Below, piece by piece: positions 40,356 through 48,759 of a DNA stretch of 64,000 bases. A program made the translations under genes and the position numbers. Each line of letters starts with the position of its first letter. Position 1 is the first letter of the stretch. Source of the stretch: Candidatus Bathyarchaeota archaeon. Its GTDB lineage: Archaea > Thermoproteota > Bathyarchaeia > 40CM-2-53-6. The stretch covers positions 160,001 to 224,000 of the forward strand of contig CAVTBR010000002.1 in the NCBI GenBank assembly GCA_963733055.1, read 5' to 3'. The notes beneath the pieces were generated by a model, which had not been told where the DNA came from, did no database searches, and saw only the letters and a program-made list of their open reading frames with translations.

Positions 40356-40583
40356 CCTAAATTATTGACTGGTGTGAGAAGGCAGAATCCCATACTCGGA
40401 GGAGAGTGACGAACTCTGGAACTGCGGTTGACAAAGGTGAGTTTTCTGAACGAGAGAATACTGTGCTTCAGTGGCTTACCCTTGCACGGTCCACGCCGCT
40501 CGCTGGGCTGTGCTTATAGAGAGGTGGAAATTGTCGAAATATCTCTAACAGATAGTTTGGCAAAGTGCATACTGTGATTGAAT

Positions 40584-40781
40584 ATGAGCACAGCCACCGT
40601 TCTTGAATCGGAAGAAGCGCAAAATCAGCGCAACAAAATGACCGAAGATCAGTTGAGACTTATGTCCGCCGGTCATGCTGACTCCGGTGAATGCAGCTGT
40701 AGTAGATGTAATTGCCCCCATGCCGCTGAACAGAATCACTGGGTCATAGGTGAGCAAGTATTCTGTTCCGCAGTGCGATGA
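40584..40781 (+). CDS. small Cys/His-rich protein
   Basis: ECSCSRCNCPH...FC; no family recognised. Confidence 0.4.
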   Translation: MSTATVLESEEAQNQRNKMTEDQLRLMSAGHADSGECSCSRCNCPHAAEQNHWVIGEQVFCSAVR

Positions 40782-40879
40782 CTTGTGCCTAGCACACCCA
40801 CTAGACTGAAGTATCTTCGTAGCCCTCGACTAAGACTCGTCCAAACGTGCTTCGCAGCGCAAAAGAGCTAATCCGGATA

Positions 40880-41884
40880 GAATGGCGCCGGGAGAGGGAT
40901 TTGAACTAAAGGTTCAAGCTCCCTACACTCTCGGACTGTTCAACATCCATACAAAGAGACCTGCACGACGCGCTCGACCAGTCTAAATCCGGTTTTCCGC
41001 ATCATTAGACCCACACACACGAAAACCCTAAACCATGAAACCACATCTAATAGCCCGTGTCTTGCTGTGCCAAGGATTCCGCTCATTGACGATCTCACCG
41101 ACAGTCAAATCCCGCTTGGCTCTAACATTCTAGTTGAGTTCGATCCTACGTCGCAATGGTACAATACAGCCCTCACCATAGCAGCCGGCTGGATGAAAGA
41201 GGGTGGCACCGTGTACTATCACGATTACAGCCAACCGCCAGACAAGATTCGCCTGAAGCTTCAACGATCAGGACTTCAGGTAGAAGCCCTCGAAAAGCAG
41301 GAGAAACTTCGAATATACGATTGGTACACCGGCCAACTAGGACAGAAATCCAAAGAGAAGTTCGCTGTCCCTTCAATGAAGATAGCCGACTTGAGCATAT
41401 GGATCTTGAAAGACTGGATGCCTAGCACTCCAAAATCTGAAGTTCTGGAAGTCTCTGATAATACTTCGGCTGTGGCAAGGTTCAACGATGAGAAGGTTTG
41501 GGTTGAATACGTGCTCACCCGTATTCTTCCAACATCCTCCCTGACAAAGACCATTGACCTTCGCGGCATGATGAAGGGGGTTCACAGCGATTGGGCATAC
41601 AAACAGCTTGAAGGCGCGCACGATGGTGTAATCGATTTCAAAGTTGAAGAAGTGTCTGGGCAATGGAGGAACTTTATCTCTGTTAGGATTTTGCGCGATG
41701 TAGGTTTCGATGGACAACGGCGTCAGCTAAGAACTCTGGAAAACCTCGAAGTCACCTTTGAGAAATAATAACGGGGCCTGCGTTCTTCGTTTAGTGTGGG
41801 CGCACCAGCCGACCCGCACACACACGAAAAATCTGTGGATACTGAAAAAATGATTGCGAATGGCGCCGGGAGAGGGATTTGAAC
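40880..41884. mobile_element. tRNA-Ser-integrated remnant cassette flanked by 27-bp att-like direct repeats, no integrase
   Basis: GAATGGCGCCGGGAGAGGGATTTGAAC at 40880-40906 and at 41858-41884 (tRNA 3' end). Confidence 0.75.
41067..41768 (+). CDS. KaiC/RAD55-like protein with degenerate Walker A
   Basis: IPLIDDL...IPLGSNILVEFDP (no GKT), LRIYDWYT, HDGVIDFK. Confidence 0.75.
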   Translation: MPRIPLIDDLTDSQIPLGSNILVEFDPTSQWYNTALTIAAGWMKEGGTVYYHDYSQPPDKIRLKLQRSGLQVEALEKQEKLRIYDWYTGQLGQKSKEKFAVPSMKIADLSIWILKDWMPSTPKSEVLEVSDNTSAVARFNDEKVWVEYVLTRILPTSSLTKTIDLRGMMKGVHSDWAYKQLEGAHDGVIDFKVEEVSGQWRNFISVRILRDVGFDGQRRQLRTLENLEVTFEK

Positions 41885-41977
41885 CCTCGAGGCCCCAAAG
41901 GACCACAGGCTTACGGTTCCATGATTCCAGGCTTAGGTTTCGAGAATCTGCCCCTTACCAGGCTAGGGAACCCCGGC
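41861..41977 (-). tRNA. tRNA-Ser(GGA), CCA encoded, probable introns at 29/30 (41933-41947) and 37/38 (41912-41924)
   Basis: Acceptor GCCGGGG/TCCCGGC-G-CCA; long variable arm; T arm GAGGG-TTCAAAT-CCCTC. Removing both inserts gives CAGGC-CTGGAAA-GCCTG. Confidence 0.85.
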
Positions 41978-42068
41978 TCTTGAGATTTAAAAACCCCAAG
42001 CCGAATTTAAGCCTGCTCGCGCAGCTACGGAAAACTGCGCACTCCATTCCGCGACGAAGATATGGGAT

Positions 42069-43086
42069 CTAACGTTTCCACATGGCAGGGTATGTGCCCC
42101 GGTCCATGATAACACGTTCAATCTTTACCGCCTCTCCCTTCTCTTGATCAAGCATTTCCCTGGAAGTGAGCAGCGCCCGTCCCAGGCCTACTGCCTCTCC
42201 CTTCAGAGTGAAGATGGCAACGAGTCTGTTTCGCTCGATCGCCGAATCCAATTGCAAGAGTCCTGGCAGTGCTAAGTCAGCACCATGGCAGACAGAGTCG
42301 ACTGCCGAGTCGCGGATGACAACCTTAGGAAGTGAGGTTAGCGCGACTTCCATTGGTTGGATAATCTTCATCGATGCACGGTCGTCACCGGACTCAAAGT
42401 CGCTCTGGGCCGCGCTGAGCTGGTGTAAGGTGACGAGCGTCGTGTCTTCCGTAAAGGGTCCCGCACGTGTTCTCCTAAGCTCTCGCATGTGCGCTCCGCA
42501 CCCCAGGACCTCGCCTACGTCCGAGCACAGTTTGCGCATGTATGTCCCCGCTTGGCATGAACATTTGAAGAGGACCTTCCGCCCATCGATCTCACACACA
42601 TCGAGTTGATAGATGAAACGTCTCCTAGTATCTCTCTTCACCGACACGCACACCGGGGGTTTCTGATACATCTCGCCAACGAACTCGCTCAGGAGATCGC
42701 GAATAGTGTTTTCTGGAGTGTCGGCGTGAACCTGCATTAGGCATACGTACTCCTTGCCTGAGAAGAGGAAACCTTGAACGACTTTGGTGGCTTCCTCCAG
42801 AGCAACTGGTAGGATGCCGGTTACCTTTGGATTGCCCCGACTATGAGGTCTCTAGGGTTCCGCCGTGACCGGCGTGTGAAAGTTTCATCATGCGCTTTAT
42901 CCAAGCCACCACTTCATGGCTGGATGGGCCTGGAGGTTTGTCCAGGTTAATGAGCCCGTACTTTATTCTCAGCTGTATCGGCCTGTCTTCGGGCCGACAA
43001 CCGTAGGTTGGGTTCGTCGTCTCCTCAACCTTCGTAATCAACTCCCTGTTCACTGCCCAAGGCGTGACAACCTGCAAACAATTCAC
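42069..43086 (-). CDS. cbf5: H/ACA RNA-guided pseudouridine synthase Cbf5 (spliced; intron 42833-42851)
   Basis: DKPPGPSSH, GHGGTL-D-PKVTG after intron removal, QAGTYMRKLC, PUA domain. 1018-19 = 999 nt, in frame. Confidence 0.95.
42833..42851 (-). other. 19-nt bulge-helix-bulge mRNA intron in the catalytic Asp codon of cbf5
   Basis: Pre-mRNA CCCU-AGA-GAC-CUCAUA-GUC-GGGG-CAA-UCC: 4-bp helix, two 3-nt bulges, intron stem-loop. Confidence 0.92.
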
Positions 43087-43170
43087 CTCGCAGTAGGAGG
43101 TACTGGTTTGACGCTATTAAGGAAAGGATACGGTTTGACAATCCTATGCTTGCAAGCTGATTTCGTTTCT

Positions 43171-43467
43171 CTAGCTTGCGGCCTGGGGCCTCGTAGGCAT
43201 GGCGTCTTCTTTCATGTACTTCGTCTTCTTGCCCTTCGTAATCGCCTTCTCCACGTCGTCGTCTGCGGCGCCTTTCTTGAGTTCGACTAGTTCAGCTGTG
43301 GGTTCGAGATGGTCGACGTTCGTTCTCCTGCGTCTTACGCCCGTGACTGACTTTGGTCCAGTAACGAGCACGAAGTTCTTGTCGACAACGTCTACGACTA
43401 CGCATTTCTTGCCTGTTTCACGGCCTGAGAGTTTGACGCAGACTCTTCCTACTTCCATGCTGGGCAT
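43171..43467 (-). CDS. rpl14e: 50S ribosomal protein L14e
   Basis: EVGRVCVKLSGRETGKKCVVVD...HLEPT. Confidence 0.96.
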   Translation of the reverse strand: MPSMEVGRVCVKLSGRETGKKCVVVDVVDKNFVLVTGPKSVTGVRRRRTNVDHLEPTAELVELKKGAADDDVEKAITKGKKTKYMKEDAMPTRPQAAS

Positions 43468-43525
43468 AGATGATCACTTGGAACGATTTGTCGAAGTACT
43501 CGATGTTGGAATAAATAAGTGTACC

Positions 43526-44092
43526 CTAACTCGCCGACTCTTTCAGTTTCCCTCTTTCCAAGAGGAAATTGCGTACCGCGTCAATGATGTCCGTTTTCAT
43601 CTTTTCGATGGAGTATTGGCTCGTGTCGATCTTAAGGTCGTAAATGGACAGATCGGTTACGTCAATTCCGTAATATTTCTTGTACCGGCTTTGTTGGATG
43701 GATTCTCGGTTCTCAGTCTCTCTCTTCGCATCTGCCACGCTGCTGCCGTCGCGTTCTGCGATCCGCTTGAATCTCACATCATCAGGTGCAGTTAGCAGTA
43801 CCTTCGCGTCCGCAAGATCCCGCACCATCCACGCCCCGAGCTGCGCATCAACAACAACTCCTCCCTTCTTCGCCTCAGCTTTCGTTCGTTCATCTAGCAT
43901 CCGATCTATGGTCGGGTCCTCGGCCGCACGGTGGCTGAAGGCTTCTAGAGACATCTTATGCTGTTTCGCAAGTTCCCTGAACAATTCTCCAGCAGATACA
44001 TACCGGAGGTTTAGGGCTCTAGCCAGAGCTTTTGCGTAAGTCGACTTTCCCGTTCCATGGGGGCCACTCACGGTGACGACCGGCCCCGGCAA
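43526..44092 (-). CDS. cmk: cytidylate kinase (archaeal type)
   Basis: TTG 44092; SGPHGTGKST, SAGELFR, YKKYYGID. Confidence 0.93.
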   Translation of the reverse strand: MPGPVVTVSGPHGTGKSTYAKALARALNLRYVSAGELFRELAKQHKMSLEAFSHRAAEDPTIDRMLDERTKAEAKKGGVVVDAQLGAWMVRDLADAKVLLTAPDDVRFKRIAERDGSSVADAKRETENRESIQQSRYKKYYGIDVTDLSIYDLKIDTSQYSIEKMKTDIIDAVRNFLLERGKLKESAS

Positions 44093-44097
44093 GCTAC

Positions 44098-44358
44098 TTA
44101 CCCGACTCTTGCTCCTTGTCGAACCATCTCGCGGACACAGGCGTGACAAAGTGTCCCGCCGAAAGGTCTTGATGGCCGCTTGGAGGATTTAGCTCCCCCT
44201 CTAAGGGACTTGGGTTCAACGCCGCGTAGGGGCAAGCCGCACGAAGCGCATACGCCGCGGCCGCCGCCCACTCTATGATAATGAATTGCGGTCCCTCCAC
44301 CCGGGAGTCTTACATTCTTTCGTTTTATGTTTCGGTTACGAAGGGCTCGTCTTGGCAA
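44098..44358 (-). CDS. rpl34e: 50S ribosomal protein L34e
   Basis: RLPGG, CASCG, KRPSRPFGGTLCHAC. Confidence 0.95.
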   Translation of the reverse strand: MPRRALRNRNIKRKNVRLPGGGTAIHYHRVGGGRGVCASCGLPLRGVEPKSLRGGAKSSKRPSRPFGGTLCHACVREMVRQGARVG

Positions 44359-45066
44359 CTAACTATCACTCATCCCGATTCCGAAAACTCTCATCAGTGG
44401 AAGGTTTACCGAGAAGGAACAGAGGAGGTACCAGTAAAAGAACCTGAGAGAAGTGCCCATCATTGGAAGCGGAAACGGCGCAAATGCCACCGTGTTGGAT
44501 CCTAGGACAGCGTTCAACAGGTACCATATGAGAAGAAATGGAACGAACGTCACGGCGGTAACTTTCATTTGTTCCATGCTCGCTCGAGATTGTTGCTTCA
44601 TCATGCCTTGGCTTTTCTTCATGAGCTTCGCAGTTGTCTGCTCGTCCTTCGCCTTCTTTGCAGCATTCAACTCCTTCTGCCACGCTTGCACTTCTTTCAT
44701 GGTTGACCTAACCATATCGTAGTCCACCAACACTTTGGCTGCTGTGGACGAAATCAGCGCCATCATCGCGGCGATTCCGATCGTAAACAGGGTGGAGAGC
44801 GGGATCTGGGGTGGGTTACCGATATAGGGGGACAGGGCTTGTTTGACCCAAGCGACAATTGGAGTAGTAATGGCTCCTAAACCGAAGGGGGCGCTTGAGT
44901 TCGTGTTTGTTGTAGTAGTACTATTTGTCGTCGCGCTCTGATAAACGTGAATTGCGCCGGGAGTTTGGACTGAGGTTTGCTGAGCCGCGGAAGGTTGCAC
45001 TAGAAAGAACGTAGTTACTACCGCGATGAGACAAACGAGGATGATAATTGCTGGTCTTGGTTTCAT
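44359..45066 (-). CDS. DUF106 / EMC3-TMCO1 (Oxa1 superfamily) membrane protein with N-terminal extension
   Basis: TM-coiled coil-TM-TM, WYLLCSF; conserved position between adk and L34e. Confidence 0.85.
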   Translation of the reverse strand: MKPRPAIIILVCLIAVVTTFFLVQPSAAQQTSVQTPGAIHVYQSATTNSTTTTNTNSSAPFGLGAITTPIVAWVKQALSPYIGNPPQIPLSTLFTIGIAAMMALISSTAAKVLVDYDMVRSTMKEVQAWQKELNAAKKAKDEQTTAKLMKKSQGMMKQQSRASMEQMKVTAVTFVPFLLIWYLLNAVLGSNTVAFAPFPLPMMGTSLRFFYWYLLCSFSVNLPLMRVFGIGMSDS

Positions 45067-45068
45067 GT

Positions 45069-45659
45069 TTATGCCCCGGCTAACTTGCGGACGGCTTCGA
45101 ACAACTCCTGCGCTGCTTGCTTCTGCTTACCTGCATCATTTCTTATAACCTTAACAGGAGCACCGGTGGCAACCGCGGAGGCTGCCGCAGTAGCCCTCGA
45201 CCACTGCAGGTCGAACGAAATATCCTCAACTAAAGCCTGTTCCCGCTTCCGATCCGAGTCAACCTTTCTCCGCCCCGCAATCTGCTCAGGATCCGCTTCG
45301 ATGAGCACGAACAGTCGTGGGTTAAGTCTCTGAAGCACGTTTTGGGGGAGGCCTGCCCACATGCCCACGTTAGTCCTAACGAACATGTGCGTGTCGACGA
45401 CAATTGTCCCTTGTCCCGCTCGGTTAGAGATTTCGTTGGCGGCGAGCTCCTGAACTTTCCGCTGAGTTTCGATGCCCTGCTCTCTCATCTCGTCCCTGTT
45501 CATCTCTTTCCCTAACTCGCGCATTATCTCATTCATGATCGTTCCGAAGTTCAAGACCGCTAAGTTAACCCGGTTTTGCTTCGCTAAGTCCTGCAGTTCA
45601 TTGAGAACGGTGGTTTTCCCTACGCCGGGAATTCCGGTCACTACGACCGTCCTTGACAG
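45069..45659 (-). CDS. adkA: adenylate kinase (archaeal type); probable CTG start
   Basis: VVVTGIPGVGKTT, NFGTIM, VDTH, GLP. Confidence 0.93.
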   Translation of the reverse strand: MSRTVVVTGIPGVGKTTVLNELQDLAKQNRVNLAVLNFGTIMNEIMRELGKEMNRDEMREQGIETQRKVQELAANEISNRAGQGTIVVDTHMFVRTNVGMWAGLPQNVLQRLNPRLFVLIEADPEQIAGRRKVDSDRKREQALVEDISFDLQWSRATAAASAVATGAPVKVIRNDAGKQKQAAQELFEAVRKLAGA

Positions 45660-45662
45660 CGC

Positions 45663-47078
45663 CTATTCACCCAAGAACCCTCTGGCGGCTGGGTAGAGTT
45701 CTGTAATCCGCTCTTGCACGAAGATCTGATAGTATTGCTCGATAATGCCCACTGTCAGGAGGATACCCGTCCCAGATCCAAATGCTCCAAGGAAATTCGC
45801 AACTCCAGCTATGAGGCCGATCAAGATAGCTCCTAGAATTGTAACAACCGGTATGTACCTGTCGAGAACCTGCCTTATTGGGACTTCAGATCGCCTGAAT
45901 CCCTCGATCTGCATACCAGAATCCAATAACTGCCTTGCAACCGTGCGAGAATCCATGCCTCCGACCTCAACCCATGTTACTGCGAAAAACACACAGCCCA
46001 TGATTAGCAGGCCCGCGTACACTACGGCTCTCAACGGGTCTGCAATCGTCAGGGTTAGGCTCTGGGGTGGGACCACGTAATAGACGAGCCCTCCGGAGGG
46101 TTGGTATTGAGTTCCTTGAACGGTGAATGTGCCGAGGAGGTTTAGCCAGAAGTTGGCGTTGAGGTTGTTGTACCTCTGCCAGATCAGCTGCGAGATGAAG
46201 TAAATGTTACCGAAGAGCGCTGCGGCAAAGATTACCGGAATGTTTGACACATAGAATAGCTTCAAGGGGAATTTCCCACGAAAACCACGGTACCTCGCAT
46301 ACGACACGGGGATTTCCACACGCATGCCGTTGAAGTAGATGATGATCGCGAAAACCCCTAGCGTAGTGAGAAAAGCCACCATATCGGGGAGCCCGCCGGC
46401 ACGCGCGAGGACACTTCGTACAGTGCCAGTACCGACTCCCTGAGCGAAGGCGATTACTGCGCCTAAGTATTTGCCGTCTGACATTGGTCCCATTGGCGCT
46501 ACTGAATCCCACCAGATTGTGGAAGCAACACCAGCGGCGATGAAGAGGCTGATTCCGCTTCCCAGTCCCCAGCCTTTCTGTAGAAGCTCGTCCAGTAAGA
46601 GTACGATGAGTCCTGCCGCGACTAGTTGAAGCATGATTACGATTTCTGTAGTCACCGGAATGGAGCCGTAGGTCCCACCGAGTATGTAGGCTGAGGCTTC
46701 GAAGACTGTCATGACGACTGAGAGGATTTTGCTCGCGCTTGTGAATAGTGACCGGTCCTCGGGATTGCTCATGTCAATGTTTACCATCTTTGACCCAGCC
46801 AACACTTGGAGAATCAGGCCTGCGGTGACTATGGGGCCGATGCCAAGTTCCATCAGCGTACCGCGGTTTGAAGCGAAGATTACTCTGAGCGAGCCTAGAG
46901 GATCGTTCAGCCCAGCGTTGCCGATTCCGTAGAGTGGGGTTTGTGACATTACGAAATAGATTATGAGTGCGATAGCGGTCCAGAAGATCTTCTCGTTGAA
47001 CGCAACTTTCCTGTCGGGCGATTTAATGTCGGGGAAGAACCTAGCAATTGGTTTGAAAAGTTCGATGAAACGGACCAT
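45663..47078 (-). CDS. secY: preprotein translocase SecY
   Basis: TLMELGIGPIVTAG, LFYVSNIPVI, GSGTGILL. Confidence 0.98.
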   Translation of the reverse strand: MVRFIELFKPIARFFPDIKSPDRKVAFNEKIFWTAIALIIYFVMSQTPLYGIGNAGLNDPLGSLRVIFASNRGTLMELGIGPIVTAGLILQVLAGSKMVNIDMSNPEDRSLFTSASKILSVVMTVFEASAYILGGTYGSIPVTTEIVIMLQLVAAGLIVLLLDELLQKGWGLGSGISLFIAAGVASTIWWDSVAPMGPMSDGKYLGAVIAFAQGVGTGTVRSVLARAGGLPDMVAFLTTLGVFAIIIYFNGMRVEIPVSYARYRGFRGKFPLKLFYVSNIPVIFAAALFGNIYFISQLIWQRYNNLNANFWLNLLGTFTVQGTQYQPSGGLVYYVVPPQSLTLTIADPLRAVVYAGLLIMGCVFFAVTWVEVGGMDSRTVARQLLDSGMQIEGFRRSEVPIRQVLDRYIPVVTILGAILIGLIAGVANFLGAFGSGTGILLTVGIIEQYYQIFVQERITELYPAARGFLGE

Positions 47079-47084
47079 TCAATT

Positions 47085-47546
47085 TCACTTGTCGGCGGTA
47101 GCGGTAACTAATTCCCCGCCCGCATCCTTCAGCTTCTTCGCGGCGCCTTCGGAACACTCGTCTACCTTTACCTGAACGGGTCGCGATACAGAACCTGATC
47201 CTAGTAGTTTCCTGAAGCCAAGCTCCGTCAAATTCACTACCACTCTCTCTCCCGCTAACTGGGCTTTCTTCTCGGCTACAAGTCTGTCAACTAATCCCGA
47301 TAATTGCCACAGGTTCATTGTCCGTCCGGGATCTTTGCTCGCGGAAACTGGCGTGAAGCCTTTCTTTCCCTTGTAGTGCATATGCGCAAATTCCCCGGTT
47401 CTGATCAGTCTCGACCGCTTGTGTCTGTATCTTCCAGATATACCGGCCCCTCCCTGCATTCCGGTGCCCCTGTGTTGGCCAGAGGTACCCCAACCGTGAG
47501 TACGCGAAGCCCTGAGACGACGACCTTTTCTCAATCTTGTGGCCAA
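47085..47546 (-). CDS. rpl15: 50S ribosomal protein L15 (uL15)
   Basis: SRTHGWG...HRGTGMQGG, KLLGSG, AGG; start 47546-47561. Confidence 0.93.
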   Translation of the reverse strand: MATRLRKGRRLRASRTHGWGTSGQHRGTGMQGGAGISGRYRHKRSRLIRTGEFAHMHYKGKKGFTPVSASKDPGRTMNLWQLSGLVDRLVAEKKAQLAGERVVVNLTELGFRKLLGSGSVSRPVQVKVDECSEGAAKKLKDAGGELVTATADK

Positions 47547-47619
47547 TTGGGTAACCTTCACTTAATCGTCGATCGAATGACGCGAGCTTCAGAAGTGCCT
47601 AAGATAAATGTTTCCGGCA

Positions 47620-48648
47620 TCAGGGAGTGAGCACGATCTTGCCACAATCCCCTGAGCCAACTAGTTTCATTGCATCGTCAAGTTGGTTGAGCGACATACG
47701 ATGAGTTATCAAAGGTCGCAGGTCAACTTTTCCCGATTTGAGGAGGGCCTCGAGTTTGTACCAGGTCTTGAAGATTTCGCGGCCCACAATTCCCTGAACA
47801 TGTGCCTCCTTGAAGATCAGATCGTCGCCAACGTTCAGCTTCACTTCCTTCGATGGGAGTCCAAACAAAATTACGGTCCCGCCATTACGCACCGACCGAA
47901 ATGCATTGCCAATGGCCGTCTCGTTTCCCGACATCTCGAGAACGACTCCTGCGCCGCGCCCTTCTGTATCCGCATGTATCTCAGCCACTGGATCTCGCTC
48001 TCTGGAGTTGATCGTCTTCGTGGCGCCCATTCGGGAAGCAAGTTTCAACCTGTAATCGTTAATGTCAACGGCGGTTACCGAAAGAGCACCAGAAACATTT
48101 GTTAAAGCTACTGCTGAGAGGCCTACTGGGCCGCAGCCGAAAATTGTGACGTCGTTTCCCGCGATGTCAGCCGCAAAGGCCGCGTGGACTGCGTTTCCCA
48201 AGGGTTCGAGGATCGAGGCGGTTTCGGTTGGTATTTCCGTTGGAATTGGCCATGCATTTTGCTCGGGGATCTTGACGTATTCGGCAAACGACCCATCCAC
48301 ATCGACCCCTATGATTCGCAGCCTTTCGCATATGTGCGAGTTACCGGTTCGACACTGGTAACAGGTGCCGCAAGCGATGTGGCTTTCCGCAGCGACCATG
48401 TCTCCTACTTTTCTCGTGGTCACGTCGGGTCCGGCTTCCACGACTTCGCCGGCGAATTCATGCCCGATAATGCGTGGAGGCTTAATGTGGGCTTGCGCCC
48501 ATTCATCCCACTTGTAGATATGATAGTCTGTCCCACAAACTGAGGTCACTTTCACTTTGACGAGAACTTCACGGTAACCCGGCTGGGGCCGGTCGGCTTC
48601 GATTTGCTTTAGCCCAGGTTCGGGGTGAATCTTCGCGAATGCCTTCAC
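47620..48648 (-). CDS. tdh: L-threonine 3-dehydrogenase
   Basis: CGTDYHIYKWDEWA, GHEFAG, EPLGNAVH, LEMSG; divergent from kbl. Confidence 0.93.
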   Translation of the reverse strand: MKAFAKIHPEPGLKQIEADRPQPGYREVLVKVKVTSVCGTDYHIYKWDEWAQAHIKPPRIIGHEFAGEVVEAGPDVTTRKVGDMVAAESHIACGTCYQCRTGNSHICERLRIIGVDVDGSFAEYVKIPEQNAWPIPTEIPTETASILEPLGNAVHAAFAADIAGNDVTIFGCGPVGLSAVALTNVSGALSVTAVDINDYRLKLASRMGATKTINSRERDPVAEIHADTEGRGAGVVLEMSGNETAIGNAFRSVRNGGTVILFGLPSKEVKLNVGDDLIFKEAHVQGIVGREIFKTWYKLEALLKSGKVDLRPLITHRMSLNQLDDAMKLVGSGDCGKIVLTP

Positions 48649-48759
48649 AATCGGTTCGTCGTCTTAACGACCCGCTCGACCTTTATGTTTTGCCTGCAGA
48701 TTCCAAGTGCAAACGTATTTTGGCAACTTCTTTGGATTCAAGCAACAGATGAGATTCGT

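Noticed and set aside
40411-40425. AVPEF on the minus strand upstream of chrA as another PEF-CTERM remnant
   Set aside because: No in-frame hydrophobic helix or basic tail follows, so it is compatible with chance.
41936-41946. CT-CGA-AA as the anticodon loop (Ser-CGA), or alternative splicing to two isoacceptors
   Set aside because: No 5-bp anticodon stem can be built around it, while the GGA model gives a perfect CAGGC/GCCTG stem.
42069-43086. cbf5 as two genes or a pseudogene
   Set aside because: A 19-nt BHB intron restores the frame exactly.
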